Shown here: in pieces, positions 18,663 to 30,291 of the stretch | Numbering within the stretch: position 1 is the stretch's first letter | Layout: every line of letters starts with the position of its first letter | Assembly (NCBI GenBank): GCA_029203165.1 | Contig: CP119308.1 | Coordinates: 2,885,467 to 2,949,466 of the forward strand | From: Candidatus Microbacterium colombiense | Lineage (GTDB): Bacteria > Actinomycetota > Actinomycetes > Actinomycetales > Microbacteriaceae | Reading direction: 5' to 3' | DNA: 64,000 bases | Notes under the pieces: model-generated | What the model was told of the DNA's origin: nothing | What the model saw: the letters and a program-made list of their open reading frames with translations, nothing else | Databases searched by the model: none | Translations under genes and position numbers: made by a program

Positions 18663-19277
18663 TTGAATAGGCGCATGGCCTTCCTCGTCTCCCCCGCCGC
18701 CGTCACTCTGACCGGCAGACTCGTCGAGCTGCGACCGCTCGAGACCTCGCACCGCGATGCGCTGATCGAGGCCGTCGAGGAGGGAGATCTGTGGAAGACC
18801 GCCTGGTACACGTCCGTTCCGGCGCCGGACGGCGTCGAGGCGGAGATCGCCCGCCGGATCGCGCTGCGCGAGACCGGGGAGATGATCCCGTTCACGGCCT
18901 TCGATGCGTCGGGACGCGTGCTCGGTCTCACCTCGTACTACGACATCGTCGCCGATGTGCCCCGTCTGCACATCGGCTACACCTGGAACCGCCCGTCGGC
19001 ACACGGCAGCGGCACGAACGCCGAGTCGAAACTGCTGCTGCTGCAGCACGCCTTCGAGACGCTCGGGGTGTTCCGGGTGGGGCTCACCACGCAGTGGGTG
19101 AACTTCCAGTCGCGCGCCGCCATCGAGCGACTCGGCGCCAAACAGGACGGCGTGATGCGGGCGATGTCGCGCTATCGCAACGGCGCGCTGCGCGACAGCG
19201 TCGAGTTCTCGATCATCGAGCCGGAGTGGCCGGCGGTGAGGGCGACCCTCGAGGCACGCCTCGCGCGGCGCGCCTGA
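18663..19277 (+). CDS. GNAT family N-acetyltransferase (RimJ/RimL-like, Acetyltransf_3)
   Basis: 204-aa ORF (TTG at 18663, or ATG at 18675). It contains LTGRLVELRPLETSHRDAL, IGYTWNRPSAHGSGTNAESKLLLLQHAFE and NFQSRAAIERLGAKQDGVMR, which are typical of this GNAT subfamily. Confidence 0.75.
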   Translation: MNRRMAFLVSPAAVTLTGRLVELRPLETSHRDALIEAVEEGDLWKTAWYTSVPAPDGVEAEIARRIALRETGEMIPFTAFDASGRVLGLTSYYDIVADVPRLHIGYTWNRPSAHGSGTNAESKLLLLQHAFETLGVFRVGLTTQWVNFQSRAAIERLGAKQDGVMRAMSRYRNGALRDSVEFSIIEPEWPAVRATLEARLARRA

Positions 19278-19280
19278 GCG

Positions 19281-19484
19281 TCAGTCGGTCGCGTTGCCCG
19301 ACCAGTTGTTCGAGCGACGCGTGGCGGTGCCGCCCTGGCGCATCATGAACGCGAGCGACAGCATCGTGATCAGCAGACCGCCGGTGAACACGATCGCCTG
19401 GAAGTCTTCGAGCGACTGCGCCAGGCCCATGAGGTAGATGCCTCCGAGGAAGAGGATCATGAAGAAGATGAAGCTGAGGATCAC
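19281..19484 (-). CDS. Small two-TM membrane protein, hypothetical
   Basis: 67-aa ORF MILSFIFFMILFLGGIYLMGLAQSLEDFQAIVFTGGLLITMLSLAFMMRQ... It has two hydrophobic helices, and its GC3 is high despite the Phe/Ile/Met-rich composition, consistent with real coding. Confidence 0.55.
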   Translation of the reverse strand: MILSFIFFMILFLGGIYLMGLAQSLEDFQAIVFTGGLLITMLSLAFMMRQGGTATRRSNNWSGNATD

Positions 19485-19623
19485 GGGGTCTCCTGTCGTA
19501 GCGGCCGCTCTCTAGCGTACCGCCCGCGGGTCGCACACCTGTCGCGGGCGGCGCCGACTAGCGCAGACCGCGAGCGCAGGGAACCCCCTGTGCCACGCGA
19601 CGCGGGCGTGGTTGTGTCGGCGC

Positions 19624-20235
19624 ATGAACACTCCTCTGAAGGCGCTCGCCATCTCCTGCACGCTGAAGCCGTCGCCGGCGGAGTCGAGTTCCGACCTGCT
19701 CGCGACTCAGCTCCTCTCCGCCCTCGCCGACCACGGCGTCACGGGTGAGCTGGTGCGTGCGGTCGACAGCGTGATCAGCCCCGGCGTCGAGGCCGACATG
19801 GGCGGAGACGACGAGTGGCCGGCGCTGCGGCGCAAGGTGCTGGGTGCCGACATCCTGGTCTTCGCCACCCCGACGTGGATGGGGCAGCATTCCAGTGTCG
19901 CCCAGCGGGTGCTCGAGCGGCTCGACGCGGAGTTGAGCGAGACCGATGCGCGCGGTCGGCCGACCCTGTTCGACAAGGTCGCGATCGCCGGGATCGTGGG
20001 AAACGAGGATGGCGCGCATCACATCGCCGCCATCGTCTTCCAGTGCCTGAACGACGTCGGGTACACCGTGCCCGCCCAGGCCTCCGTGTACTGGAACGGT
20101 GAGGCGATGCACACCACCGACTACAAGGATCTCGACGAGACGCCGGAGAAGGTCGCGTCCGCGATCGCGACGGCGACCCGCAACGCCGCGCACCTCGCCC
20201 GCTCGTTGCGTGAGCGGGAGTACCCCGTCGGCTGA
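19624..20235 (+). CDS. Flavodoxin-like fold NAD(P)H-dependent FMN reductase family protein
   Basis: ORF trimmed to ATG 19624 (MNTPLKALAISCTLKPSP...). ADILVFATPTWMGQHSSV and IAGIVGNEDGAHH are typical of NADPH-dependent FMN reductase/flavodoxin_2 proteins. Confidence 0.75.
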   Translation: MNTPLKALAISCTLKPSPAESSSDLLATQLLSALADHGVTGELVRAVDSVISPGVEADMGGDDEWPALRRKVLGADILVFATPTWMGQHSSVAQRVLERLDAELSETDARGRPTLFDKVAIAGIVGNEDGAHHIAAIVFQCLNDVGYTVPAQASVYWNGEAMHTTDYKDLDETPEKVASAIATATRNAAHLARSLREREYPVG

Positions 20236-20237
20236 GC

Positions 20238-21260
20238 TCAGGCGGGGCCAGGGGCACGCGTGAACGTCACGACCTCACCGCGCCGCTCCTTCGTCATCGC
20301 CAGACCGGCCAGTTCCAGCCGTCGGAAGACACGGCGCGGGAGAGCCGGCAGCTCGGCGCTGAAACCGGCGGGAGGCTTCGCGAGGCCGGCGACCAGCGAC
20401 AGGTCGACGTCCGGGCCCCGCAGTTCCAGGCGCGCATAGTCGCTGCGGCAGCGCCAGCGCAGATGCTGCAGATCGCGGAAGGCGATGACGTGCAGCGTCT
20501 CCCCCACCGTCACACGCAGTTCGTCGTTCCCGAAGGCGACACTGCACGAGGCCGTCCGTCGACGGAGCACGGCCGTGAAGACGAGGTACACCGGGAGGGC
20601 GATCACGACCCCCACGAGAAGGATGGCCAGGCGCGCCCCCAGGCGCATGACGACGTCGTCGAGCACGATCAACAGGGCTGTGGTCACGCCTCCCGCCACC
20701 ACGACGATGACCACGATCATCTGCGTGAGGCGCCGCATGCGCAGTTCGAGCGCGGGGAACTTCACGATCGATCCGTCACCGGTCTCGTCGCGCTCCCACT
20801 CCGGCGGCACGGGAGGCGGGGGTTTCTTCGCATCGCGTCGCGTGAACAGGTCGCTGACACGAGCCAACAGACCGAGCCAGATCCATCCGGCGGCCGGGAT
20901 GGCGGCCATCTGGAGCACGACGACCACGGCGCGCGCCGCATCCGGGAAGGTGGAGAGCATATCCCCGGCGAATTCCAGCACGATCACCAGGAGCGCGGCG
21001 AGCCCGACCGCCACGGCGACGTGCAGCACGACGCCGCCGCGCACCGGAACCATGTCCATCGTGCGGTTGACGAAGGCGAAGCCGAAGCACCACCCGCCCA
21101 CGAGCATCATCAGGAAGGGGAAGAAGCTGAGGTCGTCACCGGCGACCGTGAAGCCGATCGCTGCCAGGAGCAGCGTCGAACCCAGGATCAGCGGATAGCG
21201 GACGAACCACCGATCCACGCTGCGCGCGATGCGGGCATCGGAGGTGTTCGTCGCAGTCAT
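20238..21260 (-). CDS. Hypothetical polytopic membrane protein with a soluble C-terminal domain (possibly bPH-like)
   Basis: ORF 20238..21365 trimmed to ATG 21260, which forms an ATGA overlap with the upstream stop. About 6 hydrophobic helices, a PPPPVPPEWERDE linker and a ~100-aa C-terminal beta-rich segment. No family recognised. Confidence 0.55.
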   Translation of the reverse strand: MTATNTSDARIARSVDRWFVRYPLILGSTLLLAAIGFTVAGDDLSFFPFLMMLVGGWCFGFAFVNRTMDMVPVRGGVVLHVAVAVGLAALLVIVLEFAGDMLSTFPDAARAVVVVLQMAAIPAAGWIWLGLLARVSDLFTRRDAKKPPPPVPPEWERDETGDGSIVKFPALELRMRRLTQMIVVIVVVAGGVTTALLIVLDDVVMRLGARLAILLVGVVIALPVYLVFTAVLRRRTASCSVAFGNDELRVTVGETLHVIAFRDLQHLRWRCRSDYARLELRGPDVDLSLVAGLAKPPAGFSAELPALPRRVFRRLELAGLAMTKERRGEVVTFTRAPGPA

Positions 21261-21742
21261 GCCGGCGGCTCGTCGGCGATGCGCTGCTTCCAGTAGTCGA
21301 TCTGCGCCTGTGTGTGCGCGTGCGACAGCGGGTCGACCGCCTGGCCTGCGGCCTCGAGCCACCACACGGCCGACGGCCGATCACCCGCCACGCAGGCCAG
21401 CGCGCCGAGCGCGAGCTCGGGCGGATGCGGTCTGTTCCGGAAGAAGAGCGCGTCACCGCCCCGGACGTTGACGGGCATGCCGTTCCCCTTCATCAGCTTC
21501 TTGCGCGGCAGGGAGCGCACCAGCACGTCTTCGGTGGTGCCGTGGCGCCACCCGTTGACGAGCTCGGGGCTCGCATCCATGATCAGCAGCAGCGCGACCA
21601 GCTGATCACGCGGCGTCATGCCTTCGGCGGTCACGCTGTCCGGCCATCCCGACCATCCGACACCGAGGCGATCCAGCGCCCGTTCCATCTCTTCGAGAAG
21701 GTCAGCTCGTGTGATCGGCACGTGAATAGACCCCTGTTGCAT
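21257..21742 (-). CDS. Hypothetical cytoplasmic protein
   Basis: ORF 21257..21967 trimmed to ATG 21742 (MQQGSIHVPITRADLLEEMERALDRLGV...). It is translationally coupled to the downstream membrane protein. No recognisable motif. The start choice is uncertain. Confidence 0.45.
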   Translation of the reverse strand: MQQGSIHVPITRADLLEEMERALDRLGVGWSGWPDSVTAEGMTPRDQLVALLLIMDASPELVNGWRHGTTEDVLVRSLPRKKLMKGNGMPVNVRGGDALFFRNRPHPPELALGALACVAGDRPSAVWWLEAAGQAVDPLSHAHTQAQIDYWKQRIADEPPA

Positions 21743-21803
21743 GCATTCCCGCAGTCTATGGGGAGGCCCGGACGTGGCCTGATGCGAGGGGCGCCGAACG
21801 AGA

Positions 21804-21847
21804 ACACCCCCGAAGGATGCTGCCTGCGCAGCGTCTCTCGGGGGTGT
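21804..21847 (-). terminator. Hairpin downstream of nrdF (putative terminator)
   Basis: 10-bp stem ACACCCCCGA (21804..21813) / TCGGGGGTGT (21838..21847) with an internally paired loop. It lies about 40 nt past the nrdF stop. There is no U-tract. Confidence 0.45.
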
Positions 21848-21887
21848 CGTCGGCCGCGCGATCATGCGCGCGACGGGGCTCTCTGAC

Positions 21888-25068
<3,181 letters not shown>

Positions 25069-25493
25069 CGTCGCTCCAATCCGTCGCTCACGCGATCAAC
25101 ATCGTCCTGTGTGCCGAAGATCTCGAGCCGATACAAGTGAGGCACGTTGCACTTGCGGCTGATGATGTCACCGGCGAGACAGAAGGAATCGCCGAAGTTG
25201 GTGTTGCCCGCGGAGATGACTCCACGGATGTGACGCCGGTTCTCCTCGTCGTTGAGGAACCGGATCACCTGCTTGGGCACGGCCCCTCGTTCGACGCCGC
25301 GCCCCTCACCCCCACCGTAGGTAGGGGTGACCAGCACGAAGGGCTCGTCGATGACGAGGGCTTCTTCCTGCCGGAGAAGGGGGATGCGTCGGGCCGGAAG
25401 CCCGAGCTTCTCGACGAAGCGTGCGGTGTTACCCGACGCGCTCGAGAAGTAGACCAGGAGCGGCGCTGCGGTCGCGACGGCGCTCATGGCGGA

Positions 25494-25727
25494 TCACGCC
25501 AGACGCGACGCGAGCTCGTTGATCTTGTCGGGACGGAAGCCCGACCAGTGGTCCTCGTCGGTGACGACGACGGGTGCCTGCATGTAGCCCAGCGCCTTGA
25601 CCTGTTCCAGGGCCGTCGGGTCCTCCGACAGGTCGTGGATCTCGTATTCGATTCCCTTGGCATCCAGGGCGCGGTACGTCGCGTTGCACTGGACACAGGA
25701 CGGCTTCGTGTAGACCGTGATCGACAT
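25494..25727 (-). CDS. nrdH: Glutaredoxin-like protein NrdH
   Basis: 77-aa ORF MSITVYTKPSCVQCNATYRALD... with the CVQC redox motif and the WSGFRPD signature. Confidence 0.9.
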   Translation of the reverse strand: MSITVYTKPSCVQCNATYRALDAKGIEYEIHDLSEDPTALEQVKALGYMQAPVVVTDEDHWSGFRPDKINELASRLA

Positions 25728-25802
25728 CTTTTTCGGCTTCCCCTCAAATCTCTGGCCCGCTTCTCAGCAGACTGTTTCCGGCCAACCCCCGCCGGGAGTT
25801 CA

Positions 25803-25850
25803 ATACTACATATAGGTACGGACATTGAGGTCGACCACAAGGGCTAGTAG
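25803..25850 (-). promoter_or_regulatory. Two candidate NrdR boxes upstream of nrdHIEF
   Basis: The 16-mers ATACTACATATAGGTA (25803..25818) and CCACAAGGGCTAGTAG (25835..25850) lie 32 bp apart centre to centre. The NrdR consensus recalled from memory is acaCwAtATaTwGtgt. Read on the gene strand (revcomp TACCTATATGTAGTAT and CTACTAGCCCTTGTGG) they match 11/16 and 10/16 positions. They sit 76-123 nt upstream of the nrdH ATG. Confidence 0.4.
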
Positions 25851-25867
25851 TTACATCCGTGTAGTTT

Positions 25868-26037
25868 TCCACCGCTCTCCACTGTTACAACACAGGTTCT
25901 CCACCGTTTCTTCCACAGGTCGAGGGCTCATCGGGAGCCTCTCGAACCGCGAGAAATCGCGGCTGGGAGACGCCTGTGAGCGATCCATCCACAGGGGGCA
26001 CGATAGAGGGGGGTTCCGACATCCGACTGCCTGTGGA
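25868..26037. repeat. Array of (T/C)TCCAC(C/A)G motifs in the nrdH / MFS divergent intergenic region
   Basis: TCCAC occurs at 25868, 25878, 25900, 25912 and 25988 (direct), and inverted (GTGGA) at 26033..26037. The first four copies are spaced 10, 22 and 12 bp apart, roughly helical phasing. Confidence 0.4.
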
Positions 26038-26118
26038 AACTGCGTTCCGGCGTGTCGTCGGCGTGTCGCATCGCGGTCCGCTTCGACGCCTGTCGTCGGC
26101 TCCCGGTACCGTTGTGAG

Positions 26119-27327
26119 GTGGCGGGATATCGGGAGCTCCTTCGCACGCCCGGAGTGGCGCGCATGATGGCGGCGCAGCTGACGGCGCGCTTCCCCAACG
26201 GCATGACCTCGCTCGCGATCCTGCTGCATGTGGAGCAGCAGACCGGCTCCTACGGTGCCGCCGGACTCGTCCTCGCGGCCACCAGCGTCGGGCAGGCCGT
26301 GGCCGGACCCATCACGAGCCGGTGGATGGGCGCCTGGGGCATGCGCCGCGTGCTCACCCTGACCTTGAGCATGTGCGTGCTGGCGGTGCTCGGTCTCGCC
26401 CTCCTCCCTCTGAACGTGCCCGGCTACATGGCTCTCGGCATGGTCGCCGGCCTCTCCACTCCCCCCGTGCAGGCCGCCGTGCGCACGATCTACCCCAAGC
26501 TCGTCAACTCGTCGCAGCTCACTCCGCTGTTCTCCCTGGATGCCTCGCTGCAGGAGATCATCTGGATCCTCGCGCCGGTCGTCATCACTCTCGTCTCGAC
26601 CCAGGTCGGCACCGTTGAGGGGCTGATCCTCGTCGCGATCATCCTCATCGGCGGCGGAGCGTGGTTCATCCTCGCGCCCGAGGTCGGACGCGTGCGCATC
26701 CCCCGCAGCCGCAACCGCCTGGGTGCCGTGGTGCTCAAGCCTCCCGTGATGATGGCCACGATCATCGGCTTCCTGCTGATCGGTGCGTGCGCGGCGGTCG
26801 AAGTGGGCGTCGTCGCGACCTTCGAGCACGGCAGCCTCTCCGCGGGGATCGTGCTGGCGGTGTTCGCCCTCGGCAGCCTCGCGGGAGGCCTCGCGTTCGG
26901 GCACATCCCGATCGGACCGTGGGCGATGGCACGCCGTCTGGTGATCGTCACCGTCGGGCTCTCCCTCACCATGATCTCGCTCGACATCTTCTGGCTCGGC
27001 GGCACACTGATCCTCGCCGGCATCGGCATCGCCCCGGCGCTCGCGGTGCTCTTCGCGATCACCTCTGCGAGCGTGAAGTTCAGCGAGACCGCCGAGGCCT
27101 TCGGCTGGGCCGGCACCGGACAGCTCATCGGCGCCGCGGCCGGTTCGGCGATCGCCGGCTTCCTGGTCGACGCCTCCGACCCCCGCGGTGCCTATCTCGC
27201 CGCCGTACTGTTCGCTGCCGCCGGCCTCGTGGTCTCGATCGTGTTCGTCCGCGCCTTCCCCGATCTGCGTCACCGCGATGCGAGTCCCCATCCCGACACC
27301 GAACCCCTGGCGGTCACTCCCTCATGA
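26119..27327 (+). CDS. MFS transporter
   Basis: ORF 25825..27327 trimmed to GTG 26119 (VAGYRELLRTPGVARMMAAQLTARF...). An alternative ATG lies at 26164. About 12 hydrophobic helices. ATGA overlap with the downstream kinase gene. Confidence 0.75.
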   Translation: MAGYRELLRTPGVARMMAAQLTARFPNGMTSLAILLHVEQQTGSYGAAGLVLAATSVGQAVAGPITSRWMGAWGMRRVLTLTLSMCVLAVLGLALLPLNVPGYMALGMVAGLSTPPVQAAVRTIYPKLVNSSQLTPLFSLDASLQEIIWILAPVVITLVSTQVGTVEGLILVAIILIGGGAWFILAPEVGRVRIPRSRNRLGAVVLKPPVMMATIIGFLLIGACAAVEVGVVATFEHGSLSAGIVLAVFALGSLAGGLAFGHIPIGPWAMARRLVIVTVGLSLTMISLDIFWLGGTLILAGIGIAPALAVLFAITSASVKFSETAEAFGWAGTGQLIGAAAGSAIAGFLVDASDPRGAYLAAVLFAAAGLVVSIVFVRAFPDLRHRDASPHPDTEPLAVTPS

Positions 27328-28244
27328 GCTCCCCTCACACTCCGATGTCTGCCGTGCCCGCTGTGGTCTGCGTCGGCGAGTCGATGGCGTTGGTCACGCC
27401 GACGGGGTCCGCGCTCGCCTCCGCGGCGACGGCGACGATCGGTCACGCCGGCGCGGAGGCGAACGTCGCCGCCGGTCTCACCGCCGCCGGCCATCGAGCG
27501 GTGTGGGCGTCCCGCCTCGGAGACGATCCGATCGCTACACGGATCACTTCGGAGCTCGAGCGACGAGGAGTCGAGCTCTGGGTCGAGCGCGATACGGATG
27601 CACCTACCGGGGTCATGTTCAAGGATCCGGGTATCGAGTCGTCTGCCGTCTACTACTACCGTCGCGGATCCGCGGCCGCGCAGATGGCTGCCGGCTTCCT
27701 CTCCGCCGAGCAGCTCCGGGGCGTGCGCATCGTGCACACGACCGGCATCACGCCCGCCCTCTCCGTCTCCTGCCGCGAGATGGTCGACCGCCTCTACGTC
27801 GACGCCCGCACGGCCGGCGCGGTCGTGTCGTTCGACGTGAACGACAGGCGGCCGCTGTGGAGCAGAGAGGACGCGGCCGAGACGCTCGCGCGACTCGCGG
27901 ATGCCGCCGACATCGCCTTCGTCGGTCGCGATGAGGCCGAGCGCATCTGGGGCACGGCGACCCCCGATGCGATCCGCGCCTTCCTCCCGAACTGCGCACT
28001 GCTCGTCGTGAAGGACGGCGACGTCGGGGCGACCGCCTTCGACGGTGACGCGGAGCCGGTGTTCGTTCCCGCCCCCGTGGTCGAGGTCGTCGAGCCGGTG
28101 GGTGCGGGCGATGCCTTCGCCTCCGGGTTCCTCGCCGCCACGCTCGACGGAGCCGACCTCGCCGCACGCCTCTCCACAGGACATGCGGCCGCCGAGCGTG
28201 TGCTGACGATCGCGGCCGACCTTCCCCCGCTCCCGCGCGACTGA
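27324..28244 (+). CDS. PfkB-family carbohydrate kinase (KdgK-like)
   Basis: ORF 26661..28244 trimmed to ATG 27324 (MSSPHTPMSAVPAVVCVGESMALV...). It has a GAEANVAAGL region and the C-terminal ATP/anion-hole motif PVGAGDAFASGF. Confidence 0.8.
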   Translation: MSSPHTPMSAVPAVVCVGESMALVTPTGSALASAATATIGHAGAEANVAAGLTAAGHRAVWASRLGDDPIATRITSELERRGVELWVERDTDAPTGVMFKDPGIESSAVYYYRRGSAAAQMAAGFLSAEQLRGVRIVHTTGITPALSVSCREMVDRLYVDARTAGAVVSFDVNDRRPLWSREDAAETLARLADAADIAFVGRDEAERIWGTATPDAIRAFLPNCALLVVKDGDVGATAFDGDAEPVFVPAPVVEVVEPVGAGDAFASGFLAATLDGADLAARLSTGHAAAERVLTIAADLPPLPRD

Positions 28245-28288
28245 GTCGGGCCGGGACCGCTGCGCCCACCCGGTCGTAGGCTGGGATC

Positions 28289-29047
28289 ATGCCCGCACCG
28301 CTCCTGCTGCCCCGCATCGCCTGGGGCTCCCCCTCGGCTCCCCGCCGCGCCCTTCTCGTGCATGGTCTCGGCTCTTCCGGCGCGCTGATGTGGCGTCTCG
28401 GAGACGCGCTGGCCGATGCCGGCTGGCATGCGACGGCGGTCGACCTGCGCGGTCACGGCGACGCTCCGCGGTCAGTCGACTACTCGGTCGCGGCGTACGG
28501 TGCCGACCTCGTGGAGACGCTGCCGCACCACGGCGACACCTGGGACGCGGTGATCGGGCACTCGCTGGGCGGTGCGGCGAGCACGGTGGCCGCGGCATCC
28601 GCTCCGGAGTGGACGCGCCGGTTGATCCTGATCGATCCCGCGATCCATGTGAACGGCCGCGATGCGGGGATCGTGCGCCGCAGTCAGGAGCGCGCCTTCG
28701 CCGACACCCGCCTCGAGGTCGTGCAGCAGGAGCATCCGCACTGGCACCCGCAGGACCAGGAGCTGAAGGTCGACGCCGTGCTCCGAGCCAGCGCCTGGGC
28801 CGTCGAGCAGACCAGCGCGCAGAACCAGCCGTGGGATGTGCGCGCGGCCGCCGCGGCTCTCACGGTGCCGACGCACGTGATCGCGGCAGACCCGGCGGTC
28901 TACAGCATCTTCACCGGAGACCTCGCCGCGGAGGTGCTGGCGGCGAACCCGCTGATCTCGATGTCGATCGTCGCCGGAGCGGGACATTCCCTGCACCGCG
29001 ACAAGCCCGAGGAATCCGTCAGGCAACTCCTGGAGGCTCTGGCGTGA
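28289..29047 (+). CDS. Alpha/beta hydrolase
   Basis: 252-aa ORF with HG oxyanion LLVHGLGSSG, nucleophile elbow GHSLGG and a C-terminal GAGHSLH (catalytic His region). Confidence 0.8.
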   Translation: MPAPLLLPRIAWGSPSAPRRALLVHGLGSSGALMWRLGDALADAGWHATAVDLRGHGDAPRSVDYSVAAYGADLVETLPHHGDTWDAVIGHSLGGAASTVAAASAPEWTRRLILIDPAIHVNGRDAGIVRRSQERAFADTRLEVVQQEHPHWHPQDQELKVDAVLRASAWAVEQTSAQNQPWDVRAAAAALTVPTHVIAADPAVYSIFTGDLAAEVLAANPLISMSIVAGAGHSLHRDKPEESVRQLLEALA

Positions 29048-30204
29048 GCGCGTTCGATCCCACCGCCCATCTCTCCGACGAGCTGCTGGAGCGCATCCGC
29101 GAGCGCGCGCCCCTGCATGACCGCGAGAACACGTTCCCGCAGCAGGATCTCGACGAGCTCCGGGCAGCCGGCTACCTCTCGATCCTCGTGCCCACCGAGC
29201 GCGGCGGCGCCGGACTCGGTCTCGCCGAGGCGGCGATCCTGCAGCAGCGTCTCGCGGCCGCCGCGCCCGCGACGGCCCTCGCGATCAACATGCACCTGGT
29301 CTGGACCGGCGTCGCGAAGGTGTTCTCCGACCGCGGCGTACCTGGCCTGGAGTTCGTGCAGGACGGCGCCGTCGCCGGCGAGGTCTTCGCCTTCGGTATC
29401 AGCGAAGGCGGCAACGACCTCGTGCTGTTCGGCAGCGACACGGATGCCGTGCCTCTCGCCGACGGCGGCTACGCCTTCACCGGCACCAAGATCTTCACCT
29501 CGCTCGCCCCGGTGTGGACACGGCTGGGGCTGCACGGACTCGACACCACCAGCGCGGATGCCCCGAAGCTGGTGTTCGCGTTCATCGAGCGCACCGACGC
29601 CGTGGCCACGTCGGACGACTGGGACACCCTGGGCATGCGTGGCACGCAGAGCCGCACCACCCGGTTGAACGGCGCGATCGCGGATGCCGCGCATGTCGTC
29701 CGGCGGATCGATCCGGGGCCGAACCCCGATCCGATCGTGTTCGGCATCTTCAGCGTCTTCGAGATCCTGCTTGCCTCGGTCTACACCGGGATCGCACGGA
29801 GGGCGCTCGATCTCGCGGTCGAGACGGCGCACGCGCGCCGCTCCAAGAAGTCCGGGGCCGCCTACAGCCAGGACCCCGACATCCGCTGGCGCATCGCGGA
29901 GATGGCGCTGGCCTACGACGCCCTTCCGCCCCAGATCGCCGCGCTCGCGCGGGACGTCGACGAGCAGGCCGACAACGGTGCACGGTGGTTCACGCTGCTG
30001 TCTGGGCTCAAGCACCGGGCGATCAGCATGGCGAAGCAGGTGGTCGATCAGGCCATGCTGGTCGCCGGAGGCGGCTCCTACTTCTCCGCGAACGAACTCT
30101 CGCGCCTCTATCGCGATGTCCTCGCCGGGGCCTTCCATCCGTCCGACCCGGAATCCGCGCACGCGACCGCCGCCGGTGCGTGGTTGGGGCCGCTCGAATC
30201 CTGA
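29044..30204 (+). CDS. Acyl-CoA dehydrogenase family protein
   Basis: ORF 28390..30204 trimmed to GTG 29044 (GTGA overlap with the hydrolase stop). It reads VSAFDPTAHLSDELLERIRERAPLHDRENTFPQQDLDELRAAGY..., with DWDTLGMRGTQSRTTRL and a C-terminal four-helix region typical of ACAD-fold proteins. Confidence 0.7.
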   Translation: MSAFDPTAHLSDELLERIRERAPLHDRENTFPQQDLDELRAAGYLSILVPTERGGAGLGLAEAAILQQRLAAAAPATALAINMHLVWTGVAKVFSDRGVPGLEFVQDGAVAGEVFAFGISEGGNDLVLFGSDTDAVPLADGGYAFTGTKIFTSLAPVWTRLGLHGLDTTSADAPKLVFAFIERTDAVATSDDWDTLGMRGTQSRTTRLNGAIADAAHVVRRIDPGPNPDPIVFGIFSVFEILLASVYTGIARRALDLAVETAHARRSKKSGAAYSQDPDIRWRIAEMALAYDALPPQIAALARDVDEQADNGARWFTLLSGLKHRAISMAKQVVDQAMLVAGGGSYFSANELSRLYRDVLAGAFHPSDPESAHATAAGAWLGPLES

Positions 30205-30291
30205 GCGCCCACACTGACGATTCCGCAGGCACAGAGAACCCAAAGCGCGGAATCGGTTGCTGAACGACGTCTCGAGTGCGAAGATCGCACC

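Noticed and set aside
17362-19500. Prophage or ICE remnant around the XRE-ImmA module
   Set aside because: There is no integrase, excisionase, recombinase, replication or structural gene, no flanking direct repeats, no tRNA target and no obvious GC shift within several kb. I reported it only as an orphan switch.
25728-26118. Possible cobalamin riboswitch in the long nrdH upstream region
   Set aside because: I could not find a B12 box (GCCACTG-like; only TCCACTG on the wrong strand for nrdH) or the other conserved cobalamin-aptamer blocks. Class Ib RNR is not B12-dependent. The region is better explained by NrdR boxes plus the TCCAC motif array.
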